A DNA stretch of 64,000 nucleotides from a bacterium (GCA_049472335.1 JBLIRO010000005.1:1-64000); one strand, 5' to 3'; counted from the stretch's first letter, positions 19,595 to 29,967 are shown. The notes: generated by a model from the letters alone, not told the origin. Program-made: numbers and translations.

Positions 19595-22012
19595 TTATTT
19601 AGGACTTAAAAGGACTCCAACTCCGACCTTTTCTTGTTGTGCTCGTCTTGATTTTAGAGTTTTTTTAACAGCTTTAAGCAATTCGGGCAAAGTGTAAGGT
19701 TTTTGAATAAAGTTAATCCTGTTTTTCTGAATAATTTGCAGCTTGGATCTCTGGTCTGTATAACCGCTGTTCATAAGAAGCCTGATCTCGGGATTGAATA
19801 ACTTTATTTGATTAATCAAGGAGAGACCGCTTCCATCCGGCAAAATCACATCACTTAAAATAAGATGAAAGTTCCATTTTTTCTTTTCAAGGATTTCCAG
19901 GGCACCCTGGATATTTGAAGCCTCAAATATTGTATATCCAAAATCACGGAGTGCCCTTTTAGCGAAATCTCTTACTCCTGTTTCATCTTCGATTATTAAA
20001 ATTTTCTCGCCATTGCCCTTAAAGTTAATTAGCGAACTGTCTTCAATAATCAAATCTTCCGGTTTCTGAGAGAAAGCAGGCAAAAATATCTTAAATGTTG
20101 TGCCTTTACCAACTTCACTATAAACATTAATCCATCCCTTATGCTGTTGTACTATGCCATATACAGTGGAAAGTCCAAGCCCCGTACCTTCCCATTTTCC
20201 TTTAGTACTGAAAAACGGCTCAAAGATATGTTCAATTGTCTCCTTTTCGATACCGCTTCCTGTATCCTCCACAGATAAACACACAAAATCACCAGGCCTT
20301 GCATAGGGTGTTTTCTTACAATCCCTTTCTGCAAAGGTTATGTTTTCCGTTTTAATAATCAGCTTTCCCCCGCTTTCCATAGCATCTCTGGCGTTTAGAG
20401 TAAGATTCATTATAACTTGCTCCATATGGCCTGGGTCCGCTTCGACACTTCTTAACGCCGGCTCCATAATTGTTGATAATTCAACATCTTCTCCTATAAG
20501 ACGTTTTATCATCTCAGTCATATCATCGACCAATAAGTTTACATCCAGCATTTGGGGCTGAATTGCCTGTTTGCGACTGAAGGCCAAAAGTTGCCTGGTA
20601 AGAGAAGCTGCTCGTTTGCTTGCCTTCTGAATCTCTTCAATATCCTTTCGATTTCTCTTATTTTCCTCTTCATCCAATAACATCAAATCAGTGTACCCCA
20701 TGATAGTTTGAAGAAGATTGTTGAAATCATGTGCAATCCCTCCAGCCAGCCTCCCTACTGCCTCCATTTTTTGAGAATGTTGGAATTTCTCTTCTAGATG
20801 TTTCTGATCAGTAATATCAAGAAAAGAACCGACCACTTCAATCGGAACCCCTCTTTCATCCTTGATCAGTCTGCGTTCGTCACTCAGCCAGCGATAGGTT
20901 CCGTTATTATGTAAAAAACGATATTCAAAGACACAAGATCCCGTTTTTAAAACTGTTTTTGCTTCCTCTAACGCCTTGGAACGATCTTCAGGATGAATAT
21001 GTTTTATCCAATACTTGGGATCTTTGAAAAATACCTTTGGATCATAATCCAATAAATTTAATACATTTTCACTGATAAATGTTATTTGATGATCTCCAAA
21101 TGGTTTATAGCTGTAAATAACGGCCGGGATAGATCTTAAAATGTTTTCGAGATGGGACCTTGTTGAAGATAATTCTTCTTCTGCCTGCTTCCGCTTTGTA
21201 ATATCCCTGCCAACTCCAACGATGGCTATTATATTTTTATCCTCATCTATTACCGATTTGTCAGCCCAGGCAAGCCATTTCCATCCATCTTTTGTCATAG
21301 CCCTTTGTTCAACATAACATGTATAGGGAGGTTTATAAAGGGCTTCCATTGCCTTTAAAGTATGATCTCGATCCTCTTCATGAACCAGGGGTATAAATTT
21401 ATTACCAAGCAATTCACTTTCAGTTTTTCCGAACATTTCGCAATATGAAGGGCTGACGAAAAGAAACCTTCCCTCAAGATCCACCTTAACAACAAGATCT
21501 GTCTGATTCTCCACTAAAAGTCGATATTTTTCCTCCGATTCTCTAAGTGATTCCTGTGCCTTTTTGAGCTTGGTGACATCGGTTATTATTCCTAAAATTG
21601 CTTTTTCATTTTCGTAATCTATCAATTTTGTGGTAATAATTGATTCTATTCTATTACCTTCCTTGGTAATAATTGCGTATTCATAAGGAGGTATTTCTTC
21701 TCCTTTTATATGTTTTCTAAAATTTTCCTTTATAGCATCCTTATATTCAGGTGCAATCAAAGAGAGAAAATCAAAATCAGGGGTGTAAAATTCCTCTTTT
21801 TTGTAACCAATTATCTCTTCACATTTTTTATTAGCATATACTACCCTGCCCTTTTTGTTAATAAAAATCATATTTGGTGAGTTCTCTGAAAGGGCTGTGA
21901 ATTTGGATTCAGAATCTTTCAGCTCTTTTTCAGCTTCTCTCCCTTTATTTTTATTTCCATGTAATAAAAATTTTTTGATACTTAAATAAAAGTTAAATTT
22001 TACCCGTTTCAT
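19595..22012 (-). CDS. Cytoplasmic hybrid sensor histidine kinase (3 PAS/PAC, HisKA, HATPase, receiver)
   Basis: Three PAS domains ending DVT/DIT, AGGIAHDFNNLL, NARDAM, DTGSG, GTGLGL, C-terminal receiver (LSDVILP, QKP). Start uncertain (22012 ATG or 22057). Confidence 0.92.
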   Translation of the reverse strand: MKRVKFNFYLSIKKFLLHGNKNKGREAEKELKDSESKFTALSENSPNMIFINKKGRVVYANKKCEEIIGYKKEEFYTPDFDFLSLIAPEYKDAIKENFRKHIKGEEIPPYEYAIITKEGNRIESIITTKLIDYENEKAILGIITDVTKLKKAQESLRESEEKYRLLVENQTDLVVKVDLEGRFLFVSPSYCEMFGKTESELLGNKFIPLVHEEDRDHTLKAMEALYKPPYTCYVEQRAMTKDGWKWLAWADKSVIDEDKNIIAIVGVGRDITKRKQAEEELSSTRSHLENILRSIPAVIYSYKPFGDHQITFISENVLNLLDYDPKVFFKDPKYWIKHIHPEDRSKALEEAKTVLKTGSCVFEYRFLHNNGTYRWLSDERRLIKDERGVPIEVVGSFLDITDQKHLEEKFQHSQKMEAVGRLAGGIAHDFNNLLQTIMGYTDLMLLDEEENKRNRKDIEEIQKASKRAASLTRQLLAFSRKQAIQPQMLDVNLLVDDMTEMIKRLIGEDVELSTIMEPALRSVEADPGHMEQVIMNLTLNARDAMESGGKLIIKTENITFAERDCKKTPYARPGDFVCLSVEDTGSGIEKETIEHIFEPFFSTKGKWEGTGLGLSTVYGIVQQHKGWINVYSEVGKGTTFKIFLPAFSQKPEDLIIEDSSLINFKGNGEKILIIEDETGVRDFAKRALRDFGYTIFEASNIQGALEILEKKKWNFHLILSDVILPDGSGLSLINQIKLFNPEIRLLMNSGYTDQRSKLQIIQKNRINFIQKPYTLPELLKAVKKTLKSRRAQQEKVGVGVLLSPK

Positions 22013-22246
22013 AAATAAAAGAATCCCCGATATAAAAACCGCATTATTCTTCAACAATGTCTCACGGATTAAAAAAGTATGATAATTTATTATCGGATAA
22101 AATGATTTTTATCCTTGGAATCAATATGTTGCCATTTAGATACAAAATAATAATGGTTATGAGGGAATGGAAAAAGTGATCACTGATATCCGGAATTAAT
22201 CCGGCTTAGATTAAGTTTTTCATAAAAAAACGAAAAGAAAATATTT

Positions 22247-22285
22247 GGGCCGTCTGATAATTCAAATTATCAGACGGCCCTTTTT
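22247..22285. terminator. Intrinsic terminator-like hairpin downstream of 22369..22932
   Basis: GGGCCGTCTGATAAT-TCAA-ATTATCAGACGGCCC perfect 15-bp stem with T/A-rich flanks. Confidence 0.75.
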
Positions 22286-22368
22286 GTCCTTTATTATTAA
22301 TAGGTTGCAAAACAATAAATTTGCTTACCCTAAAAGCAGACTGTACAGATTATTCGTTAGAACCTATA

Positions 22369-22932
22369 TCATATCAAGGGCAGACCAGTGGCAGGCAATC
22401 CCCAGAGATTGGCTGCAGTCAATAGGGTAGCAATATCTACCGGATATCGGTTAACAAAAAGCAGATTTCCTATGGAAACATAGGGTGCAAAGTCATTTAA
22501 TTCCGTTGGCGCTAAAGCAGAGAAACCAGCCGGCAAAACAATAGGAGCCGGTGCCCCTGCAGCATCCAGAAGATATGGCGGCGGAAATGGGTTGAGGCCA
22601 TAGAATGCATCAAAGTAAGTCAATCCCCCACCAAAACTTGCAGGTGTGTTGTACAAAAGCCATGGATATTGTTGAGCAGGGTCCCAGGCGAGAACCGGCT
22701 GTACCGGAAGAATAGTCGTATTATCCAGGGCAGTAAGCAAAGGCACTGGAATTGGCATCCCGGTTGCCGGGACAGGTGAGAGCACAGGAGACCAGAGAGG
22801 CCACAGTAGATTATATGGCGGCAATGCCTCCCAATATTGGGCCTGGACTAATGGAGTGCCAATGAATATAAGCACTATGATAAACAATAGACTTAAGATC
22901 ATTAATTGTATCGCTTTTTTCTCTAAAGACAT
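22369..22932 (-). CDS. Secreted Pro/Leu/aromatic-rich hypothetical protein
   Basis: AGGAGG RBS. Signal peptide ending VQA-Q. Mature part nearly devoid of basic residues. Confidence 0.8.
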   Translation of the reverse strand: MSLEKKAIQLMILSLLFIIVLIFIGTPLVQAQYWEALPPYNLLWPLWSPVLSPVPATGMPIPVPLLTALDNTTILPVQPVLAWDPAQQYPWLLYNTPASFGGGLTYFDAFYGLNPFPPPYLLDAAGAPAPIVLPAGFSALAPTELNDFAPYVSIGNLLFVNRYPVDIATLLTAANLWGLPATGLPLI

Positions 22933-23316
22933 CTTACTTCCTCCTTAAACCTTATAACCTCAAATAATAATCCTGCAAAAAGTCAATTTCAAACCTCCTG
23001 CCTCACAATACTAAATTTCGTCAACAAAAGACCTTTCGCAGTTTCAGAACCAAAAAAGGAAAATAATTAATTGCTCCTCTTTTTCGCCTCCTTTCTTCTT
23101 AATTCTGCAGGAATAAAATCATCCCTTAAAATCCCTTACAGTTTTATAGACACCCAACATAACTCCTCGCTCATTTTTTATAAAAGGATCTGTAAAGACT
23201 TTATTCTTTCATATACACCAAACGATGCCATTATCATGAAAAATTAGATGTGTTCGCCCAATCAACCAGTTTTGCTTTATTGACCAGGAGAAACTAATCC
23301 GGCTTTAAATAATTGG

Positions 23317-23332
23317 AGCAAAGTATATGCCA
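23317..23332 (-). promoter_or_regulatory. Sigma-54 promoter for 22369..22932
   Basis: Minus strand TGGCATATACTTTGCT = TGGCA..TTGC with GG-N10-GC spacing. Confidence 0.75.
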
Positions 23333-23549
23333 CCAGGCATATTTCATCAGAGAGAAAAAGCTTCAGGTTTTATAACCTGTTCCCTTATTTTAAAAATTTA
23401 TTCAATCAGGGGGTATATAATTTATGGTATTCAGTTTATGGTAAAGTGTATAATTATTATGTAAAAATATACATAAAATTAAAATGGATTGACGATGGAA
23501 GGACTCTATGAACATTCAAGGGTGACTCCAGATCCGATCTATAATTCAA

Positions 23550-24467
23550 TCACCACAAAAAGGCTATGAGAGCAAGAAAAGTTCCGGAAAGAATTACCCA
23601 GGACAGGCAATAAAAGCCTGATAATGGTACAGGAGGGAAATATTCTTTTTTGACAGCTCTGGAGGTCTGAAGAAAGGCAAGAAGAGTTGTAAGTAAATAA
23701 ATAATTAAAATAACAGGAAAAATTGGATATTTGCTCAACCTTTTTTTTATGTCTTCAATACTTTGATCCGATTTTGTTTTGGCTTTTATCGTCTCTGCCT
23801 CTTTTTGAATACGTATTCGAGCTTTCTGTATAGCGGCAACTGAAGCCAAGGATTTTTTAGAGGAATGGTAAAGACCTGTATACATAAAAATCGGGATTCC
23901 CAGGATTAAAAAGGTAATAATGGCCCTGTTTATCATATTAGAAACAGGGAAATAGGCATCCTGGAATCGAAAGAAAAAGCACATCAAATACCATGAAAAA
24001 TAAGCCAATAAAAACAATCCAGTTGTCCAGGCCAAAAATATGACAACCGGGTAATTGACCAGACAGGCCGGGTCACCATATTGGTAATATGCCCCCAGTA
24101 CCAAATATTGTATCTGACTGAGAATACTGATACCTGACAGAAATATTCCAAAGAGTATTAAACTGAATGAAAAACGTCTTTTTTGAATAAAGGCTAACAC
24201 GGTGAATCCTGTGATAAGATTAACAATTATTCCTCCAAGACATATACACATGCTGGCTATTTCACCAAAATCTCCGCTGAATTTTGCCTCTCCTCCGGCA
24301 AAAAGGGTTAAACTGAATGCATCAAAACTCCCTCCAAATATTTTTGCCATGAGACCGTGTCCTACAAATTCATGCAAAAAAGCTCCAAAACGTGTTGATA
24401 TTATGAGCATTGCTTCACTTAGAACAATCCAGATAACAATCCTTCTTTTGTTTATATCCATCTTCAT
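23550..24467 (-). CDS. Integral membrane protein, M50-like zinc metallopeptidase
   Basis: LHEFVGHG in a TM helix, GGIIVN (AGP..N-like), downstream GD, multiple TM segments. ATGA-coupled to the methyltransferase. Confidence 0.6.
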   Translation of the reverse strand: MKMDINKRRIVIWIVLSEAMLIISTRFGAFLHEFVGHGLMAKIFGGSFDAFSLTLFAGGEAKFSGDFGEIASMCICLGGIIVNLITGFTVLAFIQKRRFSFSLILFGIFLSGISILSQIQYLVLGAYYQYGDPACLVNYPVVIFLAWTTGLFLLAYFSWYLMCFFFRFQDAYFPVSNMINRAIITFLILGIPIFMYTGLYHSSKKSLASVAAIQKARIRIQKEAETIKAKTKSDQSIEDIKKRLSKYPIFPVILIIYLLTTLLAFLQTSRAVKKEYFPPVPLSGFYCLSWVILSGTFLALIAFLW

Positions 24468-25144
24468 CCTTTGAATATACCCGAAATAATATATATTAAA
24501 CCTCCATGGTGGTTTGTTATTTTAAAAGATGAAAGACGATCGGGTAGAAGTTTTATCTCTGACAGGGCAGGATTAAAATAGCCATCTCGAAAAAAATCGA
24601 CCATCGTTTTAAAAGGTAAAGCAAACCAGCCTGAAGGAAGCCTGTCATCAGCAAATACCATTGAGGCCCCCGGCACGGCAATTCGAAATATTTCTTTCAT
24701 TACCTTGCCGGCAGAAACGGTGCTGAGCAAATAGTCACAAAAGACAGCCTGGATGCTGCCGGTTCCAAAGGGAAGATCCGAAGCGTCGCTTAAAAGAAGG
24801 GAAACATTTCTTAATCTTTCTTTCAAGATACGCCGATTTGCAAAATATAGCATCCGCTCGCTCAGATCAACACCCACAACCCTTCCCTTTGGACCAACCT
24901 TTTTTGAAAGGGAGGGAAGATCAAGCCCTGTACCGCAACCTATATCAAGCACCCAGTCACCGGGACGAACAAGAAGCCTTTCTACCGCAATCTTTCGATA
25001 GTGAAAATCCATGCCCAGTGAAAGGATATGGACGAGAAAATCATAATTGGCTGCTCTATAATCATAAAGGGAGGCAATCCATCTGTTTTTCGAACAAATC
25101 CTTTTCTGACAAGAATTAGGGATTGTTTTTACTCCTTTTTTCAT
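24464..25144 (-). CDS. Class I SAM-dependent methyltransferase (UbiE-like)
   Basis: VLDIGCGTG, VVGVDLSERML, DASDLPF motifs. Confidence 0.88.
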   Translation of the reverse strand: MKKGVKTIPNSCQKRICSKNRWIASLYDYRAANYDFLVHILSLGMDFHYRKIAVERLLVRPGDWVLDIGCGTGLDLPSLSKKVGPKGRVVGVDLSERMLYFANRRILKERLRNVSLLLSDASDLPFGTGSIQAVFCDYLLSTVSAGKVMKEIFRIAVPGASMVFADDRLPSGWFALPFKTMVDFFRDGYFNPALSEIKLLPDRLSSFKITNHHGGLIYIISGIFKG

Positions 25145-25393
25145 TTTCAAAGTCTTTAACTCCCAGTGTCATGTTAAGCTTTGATAATCCTATCTACTCA
25201 ATCAATTTTATACATCTTAAACGTTACAAAATTTATTCAACAGTTAACAACATTGATTATCAATTGTCAAAATATGGCTTTATTGTGATCCTATGATCAT
25301 ATTTTTATCCAACTTTGACGGAGTATTACTCTAATACCGATTAAGTAAGTATAAAGGGTTAGGTATAAATACACGGATTAAAAAATATTAACC

Positions 25394-26527
25394 ATGGATA
25401 TTCAGTCAAAAATTCAAATCTTAAAACAAATAGACCTGTTTGATTCCTTTGATGAGGCTGTTCTGAGAAAATTATCTGAAAACTGCCAGGAGACCTTTTT
25501 AAAGCAGGATGAAATACTGCTGGAAGAAGGCACAATAGAAAATGTCATGTTCATAATCCTTTCCGGGGAATTGATTGTATATAAGGGACTAAAAAAGATT
25601 GCCGTCTTAGGGCCCGGGGAATATATCGGAGAGATGTCCCTGATTGAATCGAAACCCCGTTCAGCTTCAGCAAAGGCTGTAGGAGATGTCCTCCTTATGA
25701 AGATCGATGAATTTCATTTCAATAAATATCTCGCCTCAGAAAGACAAGCCTTGATAGCCATCCTGAGGACCTTATCGAACCGCATAAGGAAAGATCTCTA
25801 TGTGATGACAAACGATTTGCAAAAATTGAATATCTTTATACACGACATGAACAATTGCCTTACACCTATGGAGCTGATAGGTTTTTATCTTAAAAACTTT
25901 ATTGACGATTTAAAAAGCAATAAGGATGATCAGTTAAAAATTAATGATGGGGCGATAGAAATAGAAAAGGCCCTTGATTTGTTGAATTCTGTCCAGAACG
26001 GATTAGCAAGACTTATACAACGAAGTCTAAGCCAGTATAAAAAAATCGAAGTTGACTATATAAAGACAAATTCATGTATTATTTCTTTAATCCATGAAAC
26101 CATAAATGAGCTGCAATATCATAAAGATTTAAAAGGGAAAAAAATAAAGGTAAAATCAAAAGGTGAAATTCCCGAAGGCTATTTTAACTATCTTGATATA
26201 AAAAGAGTCCTTCAGAACCTCCTCATTAATGCAGGTTATGTAACGAAGGATAAGGGGACTATATATATAATTGCGAAAAGGGATAACAGAAATATAAAAG
26301 TAAGCGTAATGGATAAAGGATGCGGGATCCCGGAGGAAATCAGGCCCTACTTATTTAAAGAAACCGTTACCACGAAAGAAGATGGGAACGGTCTGGGGAT
26401 ATTGTCTTGCAAAGAAATAATTGAAACACATCACAACGGCGCCTTGTGGTTTGACTCAGTTATAGGCAAAGGAACGGCATTTCATTTTACAGTGCCTATT
26501 GCTATAACGATCTCCAGCCAAAATTGA
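25394..26527 (+). CDS. Cyclic-nucleotide-binding-domain sensor histidine kinase
   Basis: cNMP domain GEYIGEMSL..PRSAS, H-box IHDMNNCL, NLLINA, DKGCGI, GNGLG. Confidence 0.88.
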   Translation: MDIQSKIQILKQIDLFDSFDEAVLRKLSENCQETFLKQDEILLEEGTIENVMFIILSGELIVYKGLKKIAVLGPGEYIGEMSLIESKPRSASAKAVGDVLLMKIDEFHFNKYLASERQALIAILRTLSNRIRKDLYVMTNDLQKLNIFIHDMNNCLTPMELIGFYLKNFIDDLKSNKDDQLKINDGAIEIEKALDLLNSVQNGLARLIQRSLSQYKKIEVDYIKTNSCIISLIHETINELQYHKDLKGKKIKVKSKGEIPEGYFNYLDIKRVLQNLLINAGYVTKDKGTIYIIAKRDNRNIKVSVMDKGCGIPEEIRPYLFKETVTTKEDGNGLGILSCKEIIETHHNGALWFDSVIGKGTAFHFTVPIAITISSQN

Positions 26528-26949
26528 TATAATAAGGCTTTCCATAACTTTTGATTTTTTTATCTAAACGATATGAAATTATTTATTATTTCAACATAAA
26601 TCATGGATTCGTAAAGAATCATTCCATTATCATAAGAACTAAAACATCTATATTTTGCTTTCTCAAAAAAGAATATTATAATATTATTATATACGTATAA
26701 TTCTGTCTTTATTTAACAACATATTTTTTCAAAAATATTAAGTATAAAATTGTTCTTTGAAATAACAGGTAATTTTTAACAGCTCACAATACAATCCATT
26801 CCGCGCTCAACTATGTAAAACATTCTTCGATATTTATTCTCTTTTTGATTCTCTGACAAAGTCCTTCCCAGAAAAGGGAAATGGATGAAATATTTTTGAA
26901 AATGTGATGATGCTCTAATCACATTTATTATATATAGGGGGATAATAAA

Positions 26950-28491
26950 ATGTGCAGATTAATAAGAAAAAAGGTATGGATATTATATTTTATAATATTC
27001 ATAACCTTTCAATTAATGTTTATTTTTAGGGCAGGCTATGTATCAGGTTTTTATGGATTGCCCGGATTAATTGGAAGTCCGATTATATTTGGAAGCGGTC
27101 CTCTTGGTGCTATAGGTATATTTGGAGCACCTAACGGATCACCTGTTGGAATCTTTGGTCCGGGGCTTCCAGGGCCTTTCGTTGGTTTTGGCGTGTTTGG
27201 AGCGCCTAACGGATCGCCTGTTGAAATCTTTGGTCCGGGGCTTCCAGGACTTTTTGGATCTTTTGGTCTATATGGAGGGCCTTTTTTTGGTTCAGGACAA
27301 TATGGAGCTCCTTTAGGCATGCTTGGCGCAGGCATTTCGGGACTTTACGGACCATTTGGCCTTTCTGGAGGGACCTTTATCGGATTAGGGCTATATGGCG
27401 GTCTCTACGGAATGTTTGGCTCGGGTCTTCCAGGGCTTTACGGACCACTTGGTCTATATGGCGGACTTTTCGGAAATATTGGATTAGGTGGAGAACTTTT
27501 TAATAATCTTGGGATTTCCGGAAACCTGGATCTGGAAAACGGCCTTTTCGGGATCTATAATGGCGGGCTTACTAATCCTCTATATGCTGGAATCGGGGGC
27601 TTATTTGGTTACAGCTTCTGGGATATCCTCCTTGGTACAGCATTACTCCAAAATCCCGACATTGCTTTTCCTTTACCAGGCCAATTTAACCCTTTTCTTC
27701 TTAACTTATTGGGATTGCTAATGCAACCATCAGATCCCTTGACACAAAATCCCGGTACCCCTCTAGCGCCTATACCCATAAGTCCGGCTGTACCGACACC
27801 TATTTCTCAACCCCCGGTTGGCTCTCCTGTTATAACCCCAACTGTTCTTCCTTTAGCCCCTGTTGCAGGCCCAATAGTAACAACTCCTTTGGTGCCCGCA
27901 CCCACTACAATAACACCTCCCGTTGTCGCCCCACCACCCGCACCAGTTGCACCAGTGGCTACAGTACCTGTTGCGGCACCTCCTGTAGCATTAACTCCGG
28001 TAGCTCCCGCCCCTGTTACTCCTCTGCCTGCCGCAACCCCGGTAGTGGCCGTTACTCCACCTGTACCTGCAGTGCCAGTGGCTACTATACCCATACCGCC
28101 TCCTGTCGTTGCTCCGGCACCTGCTGCCCCTGCACCTATGATCCCTCAGGCACCTATGGGTCCCGCTATCGTGCCGGGTGGTGTTGGGCCTGTTAACGGA
28201 ATGCCCAATGCTGTTGTTATGCCTGCACCTGTAACGCCTGTGGCTACCGTACCTGTTCCTCCACCTGTCGTTGCTCCGGCACCTGTTGTCCCTGCCCCTA
28301 TGGTCCCTCAAGCCCCTATGGGTCCCGCTATTGTTCCGGGCGGCGCAGGACCCGCTAATGGAATGCTCAATGCAGGAGGTATGCCTGCAGGCACACCGGG
28401 TGGAGTTACACCTGGCAGTGGTATGCCAGCCAGGGGTCCAAGTGGTATTTTATTTTGGAGTGGCATACCAATCGGAATTCCTGTAATATAG
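26950..28491 (+). CDS. Secreted low-complexity protein: Gly/aromatic-rich N-half, Pro/Ala/Val-rich C-half
   Basis: GGGGG RBS, signal-like N-terminus, 75-bp and 162-bp internal repeats, terminator downstream. Confidence 0.8.
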   Translation: MCRLIRKKVWILYFIIFITFQLMFIFRAGYVSGFYGLPGLIGSPIIFGSGPLGAIGIFGAPNGSPVGIFGPGLPGPFVGFGVFGAPNGSPVEIFGPGLPGLFGSFGLYGGPFFGSGQYGAPLGMLGAGISGLYGPFGLSGGTFIGLGLYGGLYGMFGSGLPGLYGPLGLYGGLFGNIGLGGELFNNLGISGNLDLENGLFGIYNGGLTNPLYAGIGGLFGYSFWDILLGTALLQNPDIAFPLPGQFNPFLLNLLGLLMQPSDPLTQNPGTPLAPIPISPAVPTPISQPPVGSPVITPTVLPLAPVAGPIVTTPLVPAPTTITPPVVAPPPAPVAPVATVPVAAPPVALTPVAPAPVTPLPAATPVVAVTPPVPAVPVATIPIPPPVVAPAPAAPAPMIPQAPMGPAIVPGGVGPVNGMPNAVVMPAPVTPVATVPVPPPVVAPAPVVPAPMVPQAPMGPAIVPGGAGPANGMLNAGGMPAGTPGGVTPGSGMPARGPSGILFWSGIPIGIPVI

Positions 28492-28515
28492 TGCATGATA
28501 GTAACGCTCTGCACG

Positions 28516-28555
28516 CGGCTACTACCGGCTAAAGCCGGTAGTAGCCGAATTTTTT
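28516..28555 (+). terminator. Intrinsic terminator
   Basis: CGGCTACTACCGGCT-AA-AGCCGGTAGTAGCCG followed by a T-run. Confidence 0.8.
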
Positions 28556-28624
28556 AAAATTAAATCCTGGTTTGTTGTATTAACATGAGAAAAGGGAAAT
28601 TATATACGGACATCTCCATAAAAA

Positions 28625-28775
28625 AAACTATTTTAAACTTGGGCTTGAACTTTTTGATGATTAAGTTTGAGCCAACGGAGGCAAAATTATATTGAAATTA
28701 AATTTTGGGTTTGAACCTTTTGATGTTTAATTTATGGTTAACGGATATAAAACTATATTGAAATGAAATTTGGGT
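28625..28775. repeat. Degenerate ~67-bp tandem repeat (about 2.3 copies) upstream of the iscS-like operon
   Basis: TTGGG(C/T)TTGAAC(T/C)TTTTGATG.TTAA.TT...AACGGA...AAAA.TATATTGAAAT occurs twice, followed by a partial third copy. Confidence 0.7.
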
Positions 28776-28785
28776 AGGAGAAAAA

Positions 28786-29964
28786 ATGAAAAACGTTTAT
28801 CATTATTTAGATAATTCCGCTGCCACAAGGATGGACGAAAGGGTCCTTGAAGTCATGAGGCCTTATTTTTTCGATATATTTGCAGTTGCCACTTCGGATT
28901 TCGGTTATTCACCAGGCATAGAAGCAAAATCAGCACTTACAGATGCGAGGGAAATATTATCTTCCTCTCTTGGCGGCTCGCCTGAAGAATTCATATTTAC
29001 TTCGGGAAACGCCGAGTCGAGCAATTTAGCCTTAAAGGGAGTTGTAATGGCCCTTGGCGATAAGAAGGGCAGACATATCATAATATCTAATATAGAGGAT
29101 TTTCCTGTACTGCACAGTGCTCAAGTCCTTGAGAAGCAGGGATTTAAGGTTACATATCTTAAGGTGGACAGCCAGGGTTTTGCGGACCTTGATCAATTAA
29201 GGGATTCTATTACCGATGAAACCATTATTGTTTCTGTGCAGCATGCCAACCAGGAAATCGGAACACTCCAGGATATAAAAAAGATTGGCAGTATTTGTAA
29301 AGAAAAAGGCGTCCTTTTCCATACGGATGCGACACATACCTTTATGAGGGTTCCCATTGATGTAAAAGAGGTTCCCGCGGACCTCATTACAGTGTCCGCC
29401 CATACCTTGCATGGACCCAAGGGGGTAGGCGGTCTCTTTGTTCGAAAAGGGACCAAGATATCAAAATGGATGGATGGCGGCTTTCAGGAGTTCAACCTGA
29501 GAGGAGGGATGGAAAATATTCCAGGGAATGTCGGATTTGCAAAGGCTGTCGAACTGGTCACCCCGGATGAAAACCTTAAACTCCTTACCATGAGGGACAA
29601 GCTTATGGAGGGGTTACTCAGCAAGGTACCGGAGTCCATCCTTAACGGACCAAGAAAGGAAAGATTGCCGCATAACGCAAATATTACATTCAGGTTTGTG
29701 GAGGGTGAATCCATATTATTACATCTTGATATGCGAGGCTTTGCTGTAAGCACAGGCTCTGCCTGCTTCAGCCGTTCACTTGAGGCCAGCCATGTAATTC
29801 TGGCCATTGGGGGAGATCATGAACGAGCCCACGGTTCAGTCCGTTACACATTCGGCCGCTTCAATTCAATGAAGGATGTTGAGGCTGCTATTGAGGCCAC
29901 GATAGATGTTGTTTCATCGTTAAGAGAGATCAGCCCTCTTGGCAAGGGAACAAAGGAGGAATAA
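28786..29964 (+). CDS. iscS: IscS/NifS-family protein lacking the PLP-binding lysine (probable non-catalytic desulfurase homolog)
   Basis: YLDNSAAT, HANQEIG, GPKGVG, STGSAC (Cys retained). SAHK changed to SAHT and IEH to IED. Confidence 0.88.
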   Translation: MKNVYHYLDNSAATRMDERVLEVMRPYFFDIFAVATSDFGYSPGIEAKSALTDAREILSSSLGGSPEEFIFTSGNAESSNLALKGVVMALGDKKGRHIIISNIEDFPVLHSAQVLEKQGFKVTYLKVDSQGFADLDQLRDSITDETIIVSVQHANQEIGTLQDIKKIGSICKEKGVLFHTDATHTFMRVPIDVKEVPADLITVSAHTLHGPKGVGGLFVRKGTKISKWMDGGFQEFNLRGGMENIPGNVGFAKAVELVTPDENLKLLTMRDKLMEGLLSKVPESILNGPRKERLPHNANITFRFVEGESILLHLDMRGFAVSTGSACFSRSLEASHVILAIGGDHERAHGSVRYTFGRFNSMKDVEAAIEATIDVVSSLREISPLGKGTKEE

Positions 29965-29967
29965 AAA

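Noticed and set aside
22247..22280. GCCGTCTGA resembling the Neisseria DNA uptake sequence
   Set aside because: Imperfect and seen only in this hairpin. A terminator explains it.
23213..23230. Second sigma-54-like site (minus strand TGGCATCGTTTGGTG)
   Set aside because: No GC at the -12 position with N10 spacing.
28625..28775. CRISPR-like appearance (67-bp period, ATTGAAA ends)
   Set aside because: The would-be spacers are similar to each other, there are fewer than three full units, and no cas genes are present. It is a tandem duplication.
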